A DNA stretch of 64,000 bases from the NCBI RefSeq assembly GCF_006345805.1, contig NC_043000.1, forward strand, positions 130,510,001 through 130,574,000, given 5' to 3'. Every line of letters begins with the position of its first letter. The stretch's first letter is position 1. The translations under genes and the position numbers were made by a program. Below the pieces are notes generated by a model, which was not told the origin of the DNA, ran no database searches, and was given only the letters and a program-made list of their open reading frames with translations. Positions 51,003-64,000 of this stretch are shown piece after piece. The stretch is from Octopus sinensis (taxonomy: Eukaryota).

Positions 51003-51378
51003 CTCGGATACGAAATCTCGTAACAAAATCAGTGCCGGCTATAATTTCTACAGAAAATCTGTAGAGACACCCTGAACAAGTGATGTAAGAGCACTGCTAA
51101 CACAGCAGAACACTGTATTGATTTATAAAACCGTTTAATATACTTTGTAGTGCATTATGGTTGCTTAACCAAATAAGGTGTCCCTACAAGTCAATAATAT
51201 ATATATGTGTGTGTGTATGAATAAAAAGGGGCAGGCAACAGGTTGCTTAGCCACATACCGAAAAATTAGAAACAGCAGTCAAAGACTGTTTATTTCTATT
51301 TTCTGCAAATAAGACTACACATACAACATATCCATGTAATACACATATGTAAAACAGAAGGAAAGCAAAAGTCTAGGG

Positions 51379-51426
<48 letters not shown>

Positions 51427-52889
51427 TATATATATTATATATATATATATCTGTCTTTGTGTGTCTTTTCCGAACAGGGTTTCACAAACGGAGTCCGTGT
51501 ATTTACATGGCGCGTGAACTAGCGTTTCGGCAAATGTGAACGATGCAATAAATGCCAGGCTGGAGTTGATTTAGCTCTTCTAGCCTGTGTCAATGACCAC
51601 AGTTCAATGATTTAAAATAAAAAAATTAAGAATAATACAAATATACACACACACACACATATATATATATACATACACTGAAAACAAAGAAAAGGTTGGT
51701 TACCTGTGTATTTCTGTGTATGTATGGTGTATGTGTGTATGAGTGTACATGAGTAATATTCAGGGTGTTTGTTGGTGGTCTAAGTCAGGAAAATTGAATT
51801 TATTGGTATGAATGTCAATCTACTGAAGTTGATATGCTTTTGTCAGGAGAATCTTCCGAAGAAGAAACGTGTTTAGTTCACTTTTTCTATCTCACCAAAC
51901 AGCCTTTAAGTCATAACATCTCCCAAATGTCGAAAGCGTCCTTTTATAAACGGCATAGCAACTTTAGTAATTTAATTTTTATACATAAGTGTGTGTGTGT
52001 GTATGCGTGTGCATGTGTGAGCTGTGTTCGCCTACGTTTATATATGTGTATCTAGACTTGTGTAGATTACACACTAAAACCACCAGAAACTCACATACCC
52101 ACACACACATTATATACATATACAGAGAAAGAAAGAGAGACTGAGGCATATATATGCATACATAAATATTTATGCATACATTCATGTAAATTTACAAACA
52201 CCTACATATACACACCCATACCAGTCCCCTTGTATATATTGTGTGGGCTAGGTGGGTGTATGTGTGCATTCATGCATGTATGTTTGTATGTATGTATGTT
52301 TGTATGTTTGTATGTATATATGTATATGGCTGGCCGTAGCCCTGAGGATACGACTTGAATACATTCCCGATATGTTGTAAAGTATTACAATATTACACCT
52401 AATGTAGGTAATTGATTTATTAGCCACTCTAATTGACACGAAATTGATTTCTCAAACTGTGTTTGGCAACTCACCAGTCTCTCGACCGGATGTTTTTCAT
52501 TTAAGAACCAGTTCAAATACATTATCTAATTCATTGCGAAAATAGCCGGAATAAGAAATAACAAACTTTTCTCTGTTGTTACCTTCCTCGTTCAATTAAA
52601 CTTATAGTAATGTTGATGTTGTTAACGATGGGATGGAAGAGGTGCTATATCGCTAGCCAGAATATTTAGTATTCAGGTGTTGCCCTCAGTGCTCTGAGTT
52701 CAGCAGCCGCCGGCATTCATTTTACTTTCCATCGTTTCAGTGGCTATAAAATGAGAACTAAATATATTCTAGTTCAACTCAATTTCCTTTAGACATTTGT
52801 AACCTTGTGACAGATACAGATAGCGTTATTATTACACATATGCACGCTAATTTAGTAAGCAGATATTATATCTTGACGTTCGGTGCCAA

Positions 52890-53968
52890 CAAATCTTCTC
52901 AAACGTCAAGAATCGTCCTTAGGATTCTTGCAGATAATAAGACAACACTTTACTGTAGGTCGACAGTGCGTGTTTCGATTCCAATCTCTTTCAGTATATT
53001 AGGTCACATTTCGGGTGCTGTACCAAGTACTATGACATTACAACCAGCCAGGCAACGTCTTCGCTACATTTGCAGCACCTGCCAGAGGAGGGAGTGTTTT
53101 TCCAGGATAGGACTAAACAGCCACAGCAGGAGATGAACAAGGACATAAAATGTAAAAGCTGGACTATATTATTTTATGCGCAACTCCATTGTCTCCCGAG
53201 ACAAAAAGAGTGCCAACAACCAAGTGCACCAGTTATTAAAGGAATAATTGTCTTGATCTTCTACTGTCTCCTCAGCTCTTTGGCTATATCCTGATATTTC
53301 TCAATTTTTCCAATTAACAGTGGCTTCACTGTTAGCGGTGTATTCTCCGTTTAGTAATCCTCTGCCAGCATCCTTTCTTGGTAGGTAGAGTCGGTCAGTA
53401 TTGTTTTTAGGGCGGGATGCGTTGTGAATTCTAGCTCGTCCGTTGTCCGTTTCAGAAAGGGAACAGAGTATCTCAGTATGGGCATAGCCCATGGAATGGA
53501 TTTAATGATGTTCCCTCCATTTGATTTTTCTTTCGAGCACCTTCCTAAATCTCCTCATGTACTCTTTAATGACTTTCTCAGTCATTTCTCCTTCCATTAT
53601 CCTATGGACTTGCAACACTTCCAGATATTTGGACCCCTCATTATTCGACCGCGATCTAATGATGTTGTCTTGTGGTAATTTTATGCCATCAACAGTTTAC
53701 CTTCTGCCCTCTCATCATAATTAGTACCGCACATATATTTGCTCCAAGATGCATTCCAATATATTTACTGAAAATTCTCACTCTTCGGATCAAAAGGTCT
53801 AGGTCCCTGCGATTTTTTTTTGTACAGTTGGAGGTCATCCATATAAAGTAAGTGATTTATTCTCATTTTGGATTTGGTAAACTCTTAACCAGGCCTGGAT
53901 TTCCTTTGAGGAATTAGAACATTAATGGAGAGTAATGGAGAGAGCGAGATTCCCTGGAAAATGCCCAT
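52890..53968 (-). pseudogene. R4/Dong-type (RT + restriction-like endonuclease) LINE relic, internally deleted
   Basis: GIFQGISLSPLL; INHLLYMDDLQLY; SKYLEVLQ; DRLYLPRKDAGRGL; EKYQDIAKELRR..IIPLITGALG; SARILRTIL*. Confidence 0.88.
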
Positions 53969-53994
53969 CCATCATCATCATCATCACCACCACC

Positions 53995-54028
<34 letters not shown>

Positions 54029-54036
54029 TCATCATT
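53969..54036. repeat. (CAT)n/(CAC)n microsatellite
   Basis: Directly visible; source of the poly-His ORF. Confidence 0.95.
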
Positions 54037-54345
54037 ATATGATTGACTTTTGCTATGTATTTGTACAAGCTGACTTGAAGTCTCACCCAGAGACCTCAAG
54101 AGACAACAAGTTAGAAGTTCATGTTGGTGTTATGCCTAGAGTGTCAAATATTGGGTTTTGCACATAATATTGTTCAAGGGAATGCTTCAGAAAACATAAG
54201 AAAATTATGAGTTTGTTTTTAAAACTTGAGATTACATTGACAGTATTTTACGTAGGATATGGGCATTTCCCATGTACACTGTCTTTTGAATTTCTGCCAT
54301 TTTGGGGCTTACTGGTATCAGCCGGTCGAGAATCTTTTTTGTGAA

Positions 54346-54700
54346 GATGCATGGCTCAGTTGTTGGAGGGTCGACATTACGATCGTGAGGTTGTGAGTTC
54401 GATTCCCAGACCGGGCTGTGTGTTGTGTTCTTGAGTAAGACACTTTATTTCATGTTGTTCCAATTCACTCAGCTGTAGAAATGAGTTGCCGCATCACTGG
54501 TGCCAAGCTTTATCGGCCTTTGCTTTACCTAGGATAACATCAGTTGCGTAGAGAGGAGAGGCTGGTATGCATAGGCGACTGCTGGTATGCATAGGCGACT
54601 GCTGGCCTTCCATAAACAACCTTGCCCGGATTTGTGCCTTGGAGGGGAACTTTCTAGGTGCAACCCCATGGTCATTCATGACCGAAGGGTGTGTCCTCCT
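54346..54700 (+). mobile_element. head-2 (CORE-like) SINE with tail W and an internal 20-bp duplication
   Basis: B-box GAGTTCGATTCCC; gctggtatgcataggcgact x2 at 54561-54600. Confidence 0.9.
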
Positions 54701-55083
54701 AGGGCCATTTATCGTTAAGAATATCTAAGGCAGCAGTTTTAGCTCGGGTTTTCATACGCTTAGTTTTTTCTGTTCGTGTTTCTAGTACGTCTAATTCTGG
54801 AAGTCAAGATATTGTGGTAATACAAAATGTATACTCTATTTGTTGTAGAATGCAGAATGTATATGTTATTAAAATGTAGATTAATGGTATTATAATACAC
54901 CATTGTATACTGTATTTTCTATCATGTATAATATATAATTTTTATTAATGCATAATGTATGTTACAGTGTGAAATATATACTATATTGTGTAATATATAA
55001 TGTATAATATTGTGGCACACTATAACGCATAATATATATTATGGTAGTGTAATATAATACTACCTTTATTTTGCGTAAACTAA

Positions 55084-55471
55084 TCTATATATATATAAAG
55101 CTGAAGTTGTCTGTGTGTGGCAGGTTTGGTAGCCTTCAACTAACACTATCTCCTCCGAAACCCTGCAGCGCAAGTTCACCAAAATTGAGACTATGATAGA
55201 AGGGTTGCTCTTCATACCGTCGAAGATAAAATTCAAATCGGACCATGTTAAGACCAAAAATTATTTACATCAAAAAGGTGCATTTTTTCTATGAAAATCC
55301 CCATGTTTTACATTTTTTAACTGCTGTGTCGCCATTTGTTGGTGTATTTGAACCAGAAATATGTTCACTTAAAGAGAATAACAAGCTACATAATGCAAAA
55401 GTTTTACTTTTCAAAAATTCCAACTCTAAAGTGTCGAAACAAACTCGAGCAACGCCGGGGGATACTGCTTG
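55084..55471 (+). mobile_element. non-autonomous Helitron
   Basis: Starts TCTATATATATATAAAGCTGAAGTTGTCTGTG; ends with hairpin ctcgagcaacgccggg then CTTG (CTAG variant); inserted between A and T with no TSD. Confidence 0.8.
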
Positions 55472-56559
55472 TATAATATAGAATTATATTACGTATAATG
55501 TATATTATTGTATTACGATGTTATACTGGGGTGTAATGTATGATATACAATATATTATAGAATATTAAAATGCCTAATGTATACTGCTTTATGGTAATGT
55601 AATACGATCTATTTTGTCAATTTCTGTTTTCATTTCCGTTTCCTTTAAAAATGGCATTTATCTTCACAGTCGTCGTAAACATAAAATCATGTCAGATATT
55701 CATTTCAATTGAGAAGATTTATATAGCTACATCCTTTCTGTTAACATTTACATTGTACGACTAATTCTACTCTACTGAATAAAATTGAAGGCCTGCTCAT
55801 TCTATTGCGATCATTTCTTAATTTGTTTTTGAAGCAATCGATGTGGAAAATGTAATGTGTTGATAAAAATGATGACAGGTCAGAGATAGGTTGTGGAGAT
55901 TTGTTAAATGAACCTAACTTGATATGGGTCATCTAACACATATGATTAAGTTACTAGCTTTTAACAGATATTCAGAGTAGTGGAGAGTTTGTGCTGGAGA
56001 TTTTTCTAGTTATCACGTTATTCATTGATATCCGTTTATGTACTTGCTGAATGTCAGTCTGTAGGAGCTCTAATCATTGAAACAATTGAATTCAGTACAT
56101 ACATCCTCGATTATATCGGGGCTTTGATTTAAAAAGTAAAATATCACAGTGATAAATGAACCATATTCATGCACATTGAAAATGAATAGTAGATTCAGTG
56201 ACACCAAACTCCCGACCTACAGTAGCAAAGCTTCCGCCATCATCTCTACGTTTTCTCGTAGAGAATAAATACACTTATCTGCGCCAGATATTAGGATCAG
56301 GCACCTTTGCATTTTTTCCGTTCACTGGCCACACGTTGATAAGTACGAATAAATAAATCCGGATAAAAAATACGCAATGGTCAGGTAAACAAAAGAGATA
56401 CTCAATGCATTCTTGTTAGATGAATTTTGTGGGTAGTCATTGGGACGTGTTTTGTGGCACAAGCCGAATATTTCACTGATCACCAACCCCTTTTATCACA
56501 GCTCAATCCGTGATAAGCATAATATATTTTACATTTGAAGGTAACATGCTGCTTGGATC

Positions 56560-57490
56560 AGTGATGAACGAATCAGTCAGTGATAAATGAGACTAAATTT
56601 TCAACAATAAGAGCCTGGAAAGAATACTATTGGAAGCTTGAGATGCTTAAAATATTCTTGAAGCAGTAGTAGAATTCAAGAAGAGAAAGACGCGCTACCG
56701 AACAAGCAGATGGTAATAAATGGAATTATATGGCCAATACATGCAACAAACAACGAATGGCTCTGGGTGACGGACGGACGGAAACCTGAAACTAGAGACC
56801 GATGCACTAATTATAGCCACCCAAGAACAAGCCATTAGAGCAAATCTGATAAAAGCGAAGATCGACTAAACAGAAAGCAAGTGTAGAATCTGCAGGGAAT
56901 AAGTGAAAATATCTATTTCCTCTTGTGTAAGTGCACTAAGTTAGCACGAAAAGAGTATAAATGCAAGTATAAGTGTGCAGGTAAAAGAGTGCATTGGGAT
57001 AATAACCGAGTATATGGTTTCGAAATCACAAGAAAGTAGTATGAATACAAACCTTAGGCCGTAATAGAAAATGAGAATCCTACGATCTTATAGTACTTCC
57101 TCATTGAGACTGCCATACTATTTAAGGAAGAAGGCTAGATATGCTCAGAGAGGACAAAATATTAAGAAAAAGTATACGATCATAGTCTTTGTAATTCTTT
57201 ATGATAACAGAGTCTATAACAAAGAATTTTTTTATGAGAAACATCAAGAGAGCTGTAGAGACTGTGGAAGACTAACTAATGATAATTCCTGAGGTAATCA
57301 GTGCACTTGGCACTACACCCAAAATGCTACTTGAAAGACTGGAAGAAACTGGAATTGTGACTCAGTGTCGGCCTGAAGAAAAGGATCATCTTATAATCTG
57401 CAAGAATCCTGAGGAAGATTCATGAGATTTAAGGTTTGTTATCAAACCTCAAGGTAATATTCCTGCTAATAAAATTAGCATGTACTAGCT
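56560..57490 (+). pseudogene. R4/Dong-type LINE 3' portion
   Basis: Decayed W.W...G.LK.ET.ALI.ATQEQAIRAN, CRIC zinc knuckle, VHW, ENE, ALGTTPK and SARILRKIHEI*; the 3' UTR runs into (TAA)n. Confidence 0.8.
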
Positions 57491-57515
57491 TAATAATAAT
57501 AATAATAATAATAAT

Positions 57516-57680
57516 GATGATTTCGGCAATAAACTCGCGCGCAGTTCGGTATGACGCTGGAATCCTGAAGTGGACAGAGGGAGAGCTAAAGGAGATGGAC
57601 AGGAAGTCAAGAAAGCTCCTGACGATGCATGGAGCTCATCATCCACGTGCAGATACTGATCGCCTATACATAAAACATTC
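57516..57680 (+). pseudogene. second R4/Dong-type fragment directly after (TAA)n
   Basis: MISAINSRAVRYDAGILKWTEGELKEMDRKSRKLLTMHGAHHPRADTDRLYIK. Confidence 0.85.
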
Positions 57681-57997
57681 TTTCAAAAGAAATCAAAGAA
57701 GAAAAATCAACAATATAACAATCAAATGGTATCTGGACAAATTGTTCTAAGAAATGGTAGACAAACTAGCAACACCTGGATATATCTCAGGAAACAGCAA
57801 CAATTAATTCCAATAGGCTATGGCACCCTGAAAACATAACTTAAAAGACTGCGTCAAACGGTGTTATTTTTCTAGACATAGCCTGAGCAAACAAGGGTCA
57901 GTGCTTCTAGGTTAGACATGGCCCGGTGCGATATTGGCCAAAACTTATCTAAGTCGAAATTTTCGTTTACTTCTGAGATGGAATATAACTTCTGGAA

Positions 57998-58431
57998 GGC
58001 GACGAGCTGGCAGAAACGTTAGCACGCCGGGCGAAATTCTTTGCGGTATTTCGTTTGTCATTACGTTCTGAGTTCGAATTCCGCCGAGGTCGACTTGGCC
58101 TTTCATCCAATCGGGTTCGATAAATCAAGTACCAGTTACGCACTGGGGTCGATATAATCGACTTAATCCCCTTCTCTGTCCTTGTTTGTCTCCTCTATTT
58201 TTAGCCCCTTGTGGGTAATAAAGAAATAAGAAACGTTAGCACGCCGTGCGAAATTCTTTGCGGTATTTCGCTTGCCTTTACGTTCTGGGTTCAAATTCCG
58301 CCGAGGTCGACTTTGTCTTTCATCCTTTCGGGATCGATAAATTAAGTACCAGTTGCGTACTGGGGTTGATCTAATCGACTGGCCCTCCCAACCACCAAAG
58401 TTTCGGGCCTTGTGTCTACAGTAGAAAAGAA
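57998..58431 (+). mobile_element. SINE family 3, tandem dimer (57998-58228 + 58229-58431, second copy with a different tail)
   Basis: Family consensus twice; the junction aaagaaataagaaacgttagc uses agaaa microhomology. Confidence 0.9.
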
Positions 58432-58881
58432 TGTAGTTTTAAAGTTTTTAAAGTACATAACTAGTAATAAACTGTATATCGCTGATGAGTGAATTACTTA
58501 AGGTGTGTTGTGTAACGTATCTGAGTTCAGGTTATATAGGCACTCGACCTAATCAATGCAACCTAGAATTTATCTCCATGACTAAACTGAGCAAACATAC
58601 ATGTGCTAAAATAGAGTTAGTCGAAAATAAGTATTTTACAAAAAAATAGTCAGAACTGTACCGGCTGATGGATAGTTATATAAATTATGTATGTGTGTTT
58701 ATGTGTGTGTGTGAGAGAGATTCACAATGGTTGAAACCAAGTAAAGAATGATAGAACAGACATTTTCATACATAACTGAATGGAAGTAACACATTTAAAC
58801 ATACACCAATACCGACAGCCTTGCGTACATACACACACACACACCACACACACACACACACACATACACACACGCACACGC

Positions 58882-58928
<47 letters not shown>

Positions 58929-59039
58929 ATTTTTCAAGCAACGGTTAGAATTGGGAAGTTTATTATTTATATAAATTTAATTATTTATTCAGATAGATAT
59001 TGTTTTTACAATAGCGTCTCTTAAAGCTTCTCTTTGAAA

Positions 59040-59720
59040 CTAGTATTCTTTCAATAAAAAAAGGGGGAATATATATTGGGAGACAGACAGAGTAAAAGAT
59101 GCCAAACGATGAAGATACCAAACAGAACGTAGCCAATTGGCAGAATCTATTTTCTGTATGTCTGATAGACAGGTGTATAGAGAAGCGAGAGAGAAAGAGG
59201 GTGAGTTTGTGTATGTGTGTGTATTTGTCTTTGTTTTTTTTGTATGTGTATGTCTACTTTGTTTGTGTATGTGTGTGTCTGTATTTGTGAACGTATGCAA
59301 ATAGCAAAGACGATATGAAATAAATAGATAAATAAATAAATATCTAGTTCGACGTATAGATACAAAAGAAGAAGTAGGGAGAGAGAGAAAGCTCGAGATA
59401 GAAAGAAATAGAAAAAGTGAGAGAGGAGGAGGAGAAAAAAGAGAGAACGAACGAAAAGATGGAACGAGGTGGAGAGATCGAGGGAGAAAGAAAAGGTGTA
59501 GGAGAGGGAAAGAGAGAACGGTACGGAAGGCGAGAGGGGAAAACAAGCAAGATAGAATGAAACACTGAGGTAGTAAAAAAAAAAGAGTAAACTATGATAA
59601 ATATACAAATTACGAGAAATAGAGTGAGTGAAGGAGTGGAGAAGATTGTAAAAGAAGGAGCAGGAAGCGGCAGGAGATGTATTATAACAACATAAAGAAA
59701 GATGTATGGCATCCATCTTA
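59040..59720. repeat. degenerate GA-rich low-complexity tract
   Basis: Strong purine strand bias; the overlapping F/L/S-rich minus ORFs are compositional. Confidence 0.7.
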
Positions 59721-59934
59721 AAATAGAAAGAGTTGGTTACGTTGTTATCAGTTTTGTATTAATTCTACATATTAACTAATTTCAGACATCAGCTGTATTT
59801 CATAAGAGCAGTTCTCATTACTTGTGACCTCCTGACACCAAACTGGTATACCTACAAGTTTCACCATGTCCTATATAAGGCAGCTGCTGTTATATTTTTA
59901 TATTTTTCTCCCTTACTCTTGCAACAGTTCGTAC

Positions 59935-59963
59935 AGCAGCAGCAGCAGCAGTAGCAGCAGCAG

Positions 59964-60041
<78 letters not shown>

Positions 60042-60075
60042 CAGCAGCAGCAGCAGCAGTAGCAGTAGTAGCAAC

Positions 60076-60122
<47 letters not shown>

Positions 60123-60165
60123 CAGCAGTAGCAGCAGCAGCAGTAGTAGTAGTAGTAGTAGTAGT
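59935..60165. repeat. compound (CAG)n/(TAG)n microsatellite
   Basis: Directly visible. Confidence 0.97.
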
Positions 60166-62559
60166 GGCAGCGGCGGTTATATCTCTTCATAGCAGCGCTG
60201 TTGCTGTAAGAGCTGAGTTTGCTGTTTTGTCCTTTTTGCTTTCACTTAAGTAACGTTAGCTGTAGAGTTTCATTATATAAATACTCTCGTCAATTAATCG
60301 TTGTTATAACTGATTATTTCTCTTCTATTTTAGGTCTTTGCGTTTGTTTGTTTGTTTGTTTGTTAGTGTTTCCCTGCAGTTTTTTTTTTGCTATCGTAGA
60401 GCAATAGACTTATATACAAAAAAGTAGAGCGCAGAACTAAATACTATATAGTTCAAACAGTGGAATATGTTTTATGAGGTGAGGTAACAAAAAAGAAAGA
60501 TTTCGTTTTCGATAATTCTTTCGAAAGAAAGAAAAGCATCGCAATGAGTAAAAGAATTGGAAATGCGATGTCGAAAGGTAGATGTAAAGAGGGAGAAAGA
60601 GAGAAGAAAAGCTGGTATGCGATGGTATGTGTTCTGTGTGTCGAGGATTCTTGTATGGTATTAGAGTTGTACACACGCCATTACATACAAGTTTTTCTTT
60701 CACTCACTTCATGAACTACTCCTGGATATCACTTCATTTTCTTATTCATAAATTTATGCCCTAGCGTTAAGATCTTCATATCTCTCCTTCACCCCGTCTC
60801 TCTCTCCCTCTCTCCACCTCTCTTTTTCTCTCGCTCTCTCTTTCAAAGCGTTTTATCAGAAACGGAGGACTTCTCTCTCCACTTAAAACGTATATTCTTA
60901 TTGTTTTGTTGTTTTTAAGTGCGAGGGTATAAACAAACCAACACCGACATTGGTCGGTCTGGGTGGTAGGCATTTGATACAGTGCATTAGGTACAATACA
61001 TGGAATGAAAAAGTATGTTGAATTATGGTGGCTTACTAAAATCCATGTCAATGAATACCAAATTATTGAAATGAAACCATAAGTGATTTAATTAACGGGT
61101 CGAAGAATTTAAATATGATCTCTAATCTATACTCATCTGCATGCATTCATGCAACTGCTTTTGCCTCTTCACACCTCCTGGTCCTGGTCTTAAAACGGTT
61201 ATATGCACTGCTTCTTTGCATTAAACTTCATTATACTCATTAAAAATTTATGAAACAATAGTACAGGATTCGATCTAATCGATTATGACCGCCTCCATAT
61301 CTCTTTTGTAATTATATCTGTTTTTAATCAGTTTCATTACAGCAACAAAAATAACACAGGGTATCAATGAATATTGTATTTGTAATAAAATCTGTTACGT
61401 TGTCATTCAGCCAAAGGTCAGTTCTAGTAGAATCGTGCCGTGATCATAGACACTCCACTCCAGACGTAACTCGCCATCTTTTCATTATTTTTTCTTCTAT
61501 TTTGTCAGACATAATGTCCATAGGACTACATAATCCAGTCTGTCATTATTTCAGAAGGTACTTTATGATTTATTATTTCAGAGAGATGAGATTAAACAGC
61601 TAATTTCAGTAGGCAGAGTCACCAGTAGAAGCCTTCGTGGTTTCCTTCTTGTTCAGTTTTGTTGCGTTCCTTTACATATTAGAGTTAAAATACCGGTGAG
61701 AGTACTTTTAGCCTTTCTAGATAAACATACCATTAACCAATCATCTGAAGATTAGCTTATCCGATTTCTAGCCCAATTCATTTTAAATTTGTAGTTTTCA
61801 TTAAAAAAAAACTCATCATAAAAATAAACCTTAATCATTAAAAACTTGATCATCAGAATAAATGCACATTAAAGACGTTAGCAGAATTGTTAAAGCGTGA
61901 GACAACTTGATTAGCAGCATTACTTTTAGATGTTTAACCTTTGACGTAAATTGCATTTCATCCTAATGGAATCGATTAAATAAGGGACCGGTTTAGGTAC
62001 TGGGGTTGATAAAGTCACCGTATAAGTTTCCATCCTTATAATTATTGAAGCTACCAATATACAATCACTTAATTAAATTTCATGTCGTTATTGTGGTTGA
62101 TACTGATTAACCCTAGGTCAGCCCCAATTCATCAGACCTTTGATGCTCCACATAATTCTTCTGGCCCATTTTTATACAGTGTATCGTGGACTACATTACC
62201 CGACGTGCCTTCAGTTTTAATATAACAAACTATAGTTTGAGTTAAATTGGGGTTACTATTTCAAAATGATAGACTTTTATTACAGAGGCCTCCGATCTGA
62301 TCTAAAAACTCTTTACATTATCTTAAGGTGATATTCATCGACACATTATGTAGAAGTATCATACTGAAATTAATATTTTCTTCATCATCTCCTATTCTCA
62401 ACATTAACAATTATTAGCTGTTTTTATTATTTTTAATCAATATTGAAGGAGACAGATAACCCCTCTCTTTATATTAACTTCCCTTTTATTTTATAATGAG
62501 GAGGTAAAGCAGTATTCGGAACCCTAAACAGGGACTCTGACCCTCACGAGAAGGAGGAT

Positions 62560-62900
62560 GCGAACATCCTGAAACTGAAAACCTGAAATTTGCCAAAGGT
62601 AGCCAAGGTACCCTGTGATATCGTTAAACTGGAGGACAGATTCAATCTACCACTTTAGTGAACCATGGTAGAGTTGATACTGAGAACGCAAAGATTTGGT
62701 ACATAGCGTTTGATCTGGCGTTCTTGCTGTTGTTCCAATCTGCAGTTCTAGAATGATACCTATTAATCGCCCTCGAGAACATGGAAAATGAAGTTGGCCT
62801 CGGAAGGGTTTCAATTCAGGATGCAGAGAGTTGGAGAGAATACTGCGAATCATTCTATCTGCTGCATTAACGTCTCTTCCAATTTGTTGGTAGCTAGCAG
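62560..62900 (-). pseudogene. possible CR1/L2 LINE 3' end
   Basis: Minus strand PWFTKVVD-(W)NLSS...TLATF resembles F..RVV..WN.LP...L..FK; needs frameshifts. Confidence 0.35.
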
Positions 62901-63510
62901 TGTTGAATTCATTTCTTACTGCAGATGTTACATTATTTGTGTTCGACTTAGCTTACAGACCCAATACATTCTTTAAAACATCATCTTTGTTGTTATACCA
63001 TCCTATAACTGGCTCCCTCATATCATCAGCGGGTAATATATTTGTAGTTATGATAAAGAATGCAGAGAAACTGCGTAAGCAAGAAATGCCGTTTCAATTC
63101 CAATTCCCATTTGTTTTATATCACGTGAACTGTTAATGGCTTACGGAAAGTAATTATCGTTGAATTATCTTAATTTCTCATTTCTTTTAACAAATGAGAT
63201 ATTTCTGTCTGGACAGAAAGAAAACAAATTGAGCAGTGTAGTTCTTTATCAACCTCACTGCTGGTTAATAGAATAATGTACCAGATGTGAAATGGAATCA
63301 TTTACATGTCGAATAAAACTGACGTTTGTTTTGGTGATTTCATTTCTATCGTGGGAAAATTATTTGTGACAGAGACTGGAGCTGACGTTTCCAGAAGGAC
63401 ATTTGTCTTTCAACACACCAGACATTGCCAAAGGATAGGTATCGGTGTAAAAGTAGGCTAAGACACAAGTTTGTTTTCTACATACATACATACATACATA
63501 CATACATACA

Positions 63511-63541
<31 letters not shown>

Positions 63542-63771
63542 GCATACATACATACATACATTTATGTATATTTCTCCGACACCACCTTTAGCTGAAAGTG
63601 TACCAGATACTGCTATGTTCCTGAAATAGCTCTTGTGAATGTCTTTTTTTTTCTTGCGAAAATATTCTTATCAGTATGTGTGTATGTATGTATGTTTGTA
63701 CGTATAAATTATATATATATATGTGTGTGTGTGTGTGGTGTGTGTGTGTGTGTGTGTGGTGTGTGTGTGTG

Positions 63772-63813
<42 letters not shown>

Positions 63814-64000
63814 TATATTTCAGTTATATGCATATATTCAGACAGTCTCTAATCAATAAGTAATGACATTTGGTCTATTAAAAGTTTGTACTGTATACAA
63901 ATGTTGAATAGTAAGCACTGTACTCCACCACCTCAAAAGTTCAGTTACATTTTTCAGTGTGAAAGGTTAACATTTTCAGTTCACTTTTACTGGTTCTAGT

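Overview
AT-rich eukaryotic DNA with very dense simple repeats. The mix of (TA)n/(TACA)n/(GATA)n/(GAA)n microsatellites, tRNA-derived SINEs and Penelope-like elements looks like a coleoid cephalopod (octopus-like) intergenic or large-intron region; that taxon call is an inference from repeat style. I could not identify an intact host protein-coding gene, and most ORFs in the supplied track are microsatellite read-throughs. Supported features: a near full-length but frameshifted Penelope-like element (PLE; RT + GIY-YIG, ~45.7-49.3 kb) and three more PLE remnants; a complete 1.27-kb D,D34D mariner with TIRs and TA TSD; two tail-to-tail mariner 5' fragments; a 3'-truncated Helitron carrying STPR-like 23-aa repeats; a non-autonomous Helitron; R4/Dong-type LINE relics; CR1-type RT fragments; a hAT MITE; a TA-flanked MITE; and about 17 tRNA-SINE copies built from shuffled head/core/tail modules. 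The most interesting signal is a set of minimal type I hammerhead-ribozyme folds with non-canonical cores. One sits at the PLE 3' end with a U3-A8 swap, and six sit in short microsatellite-embedded non-autonomous repeats. There are also several foldback structures and a few strong minus-strand splice-signal pairs that may mark micro-exons of an unrecognised host gene. All identities were estimated by eye, and coordinates of degenerate elements are approximate.
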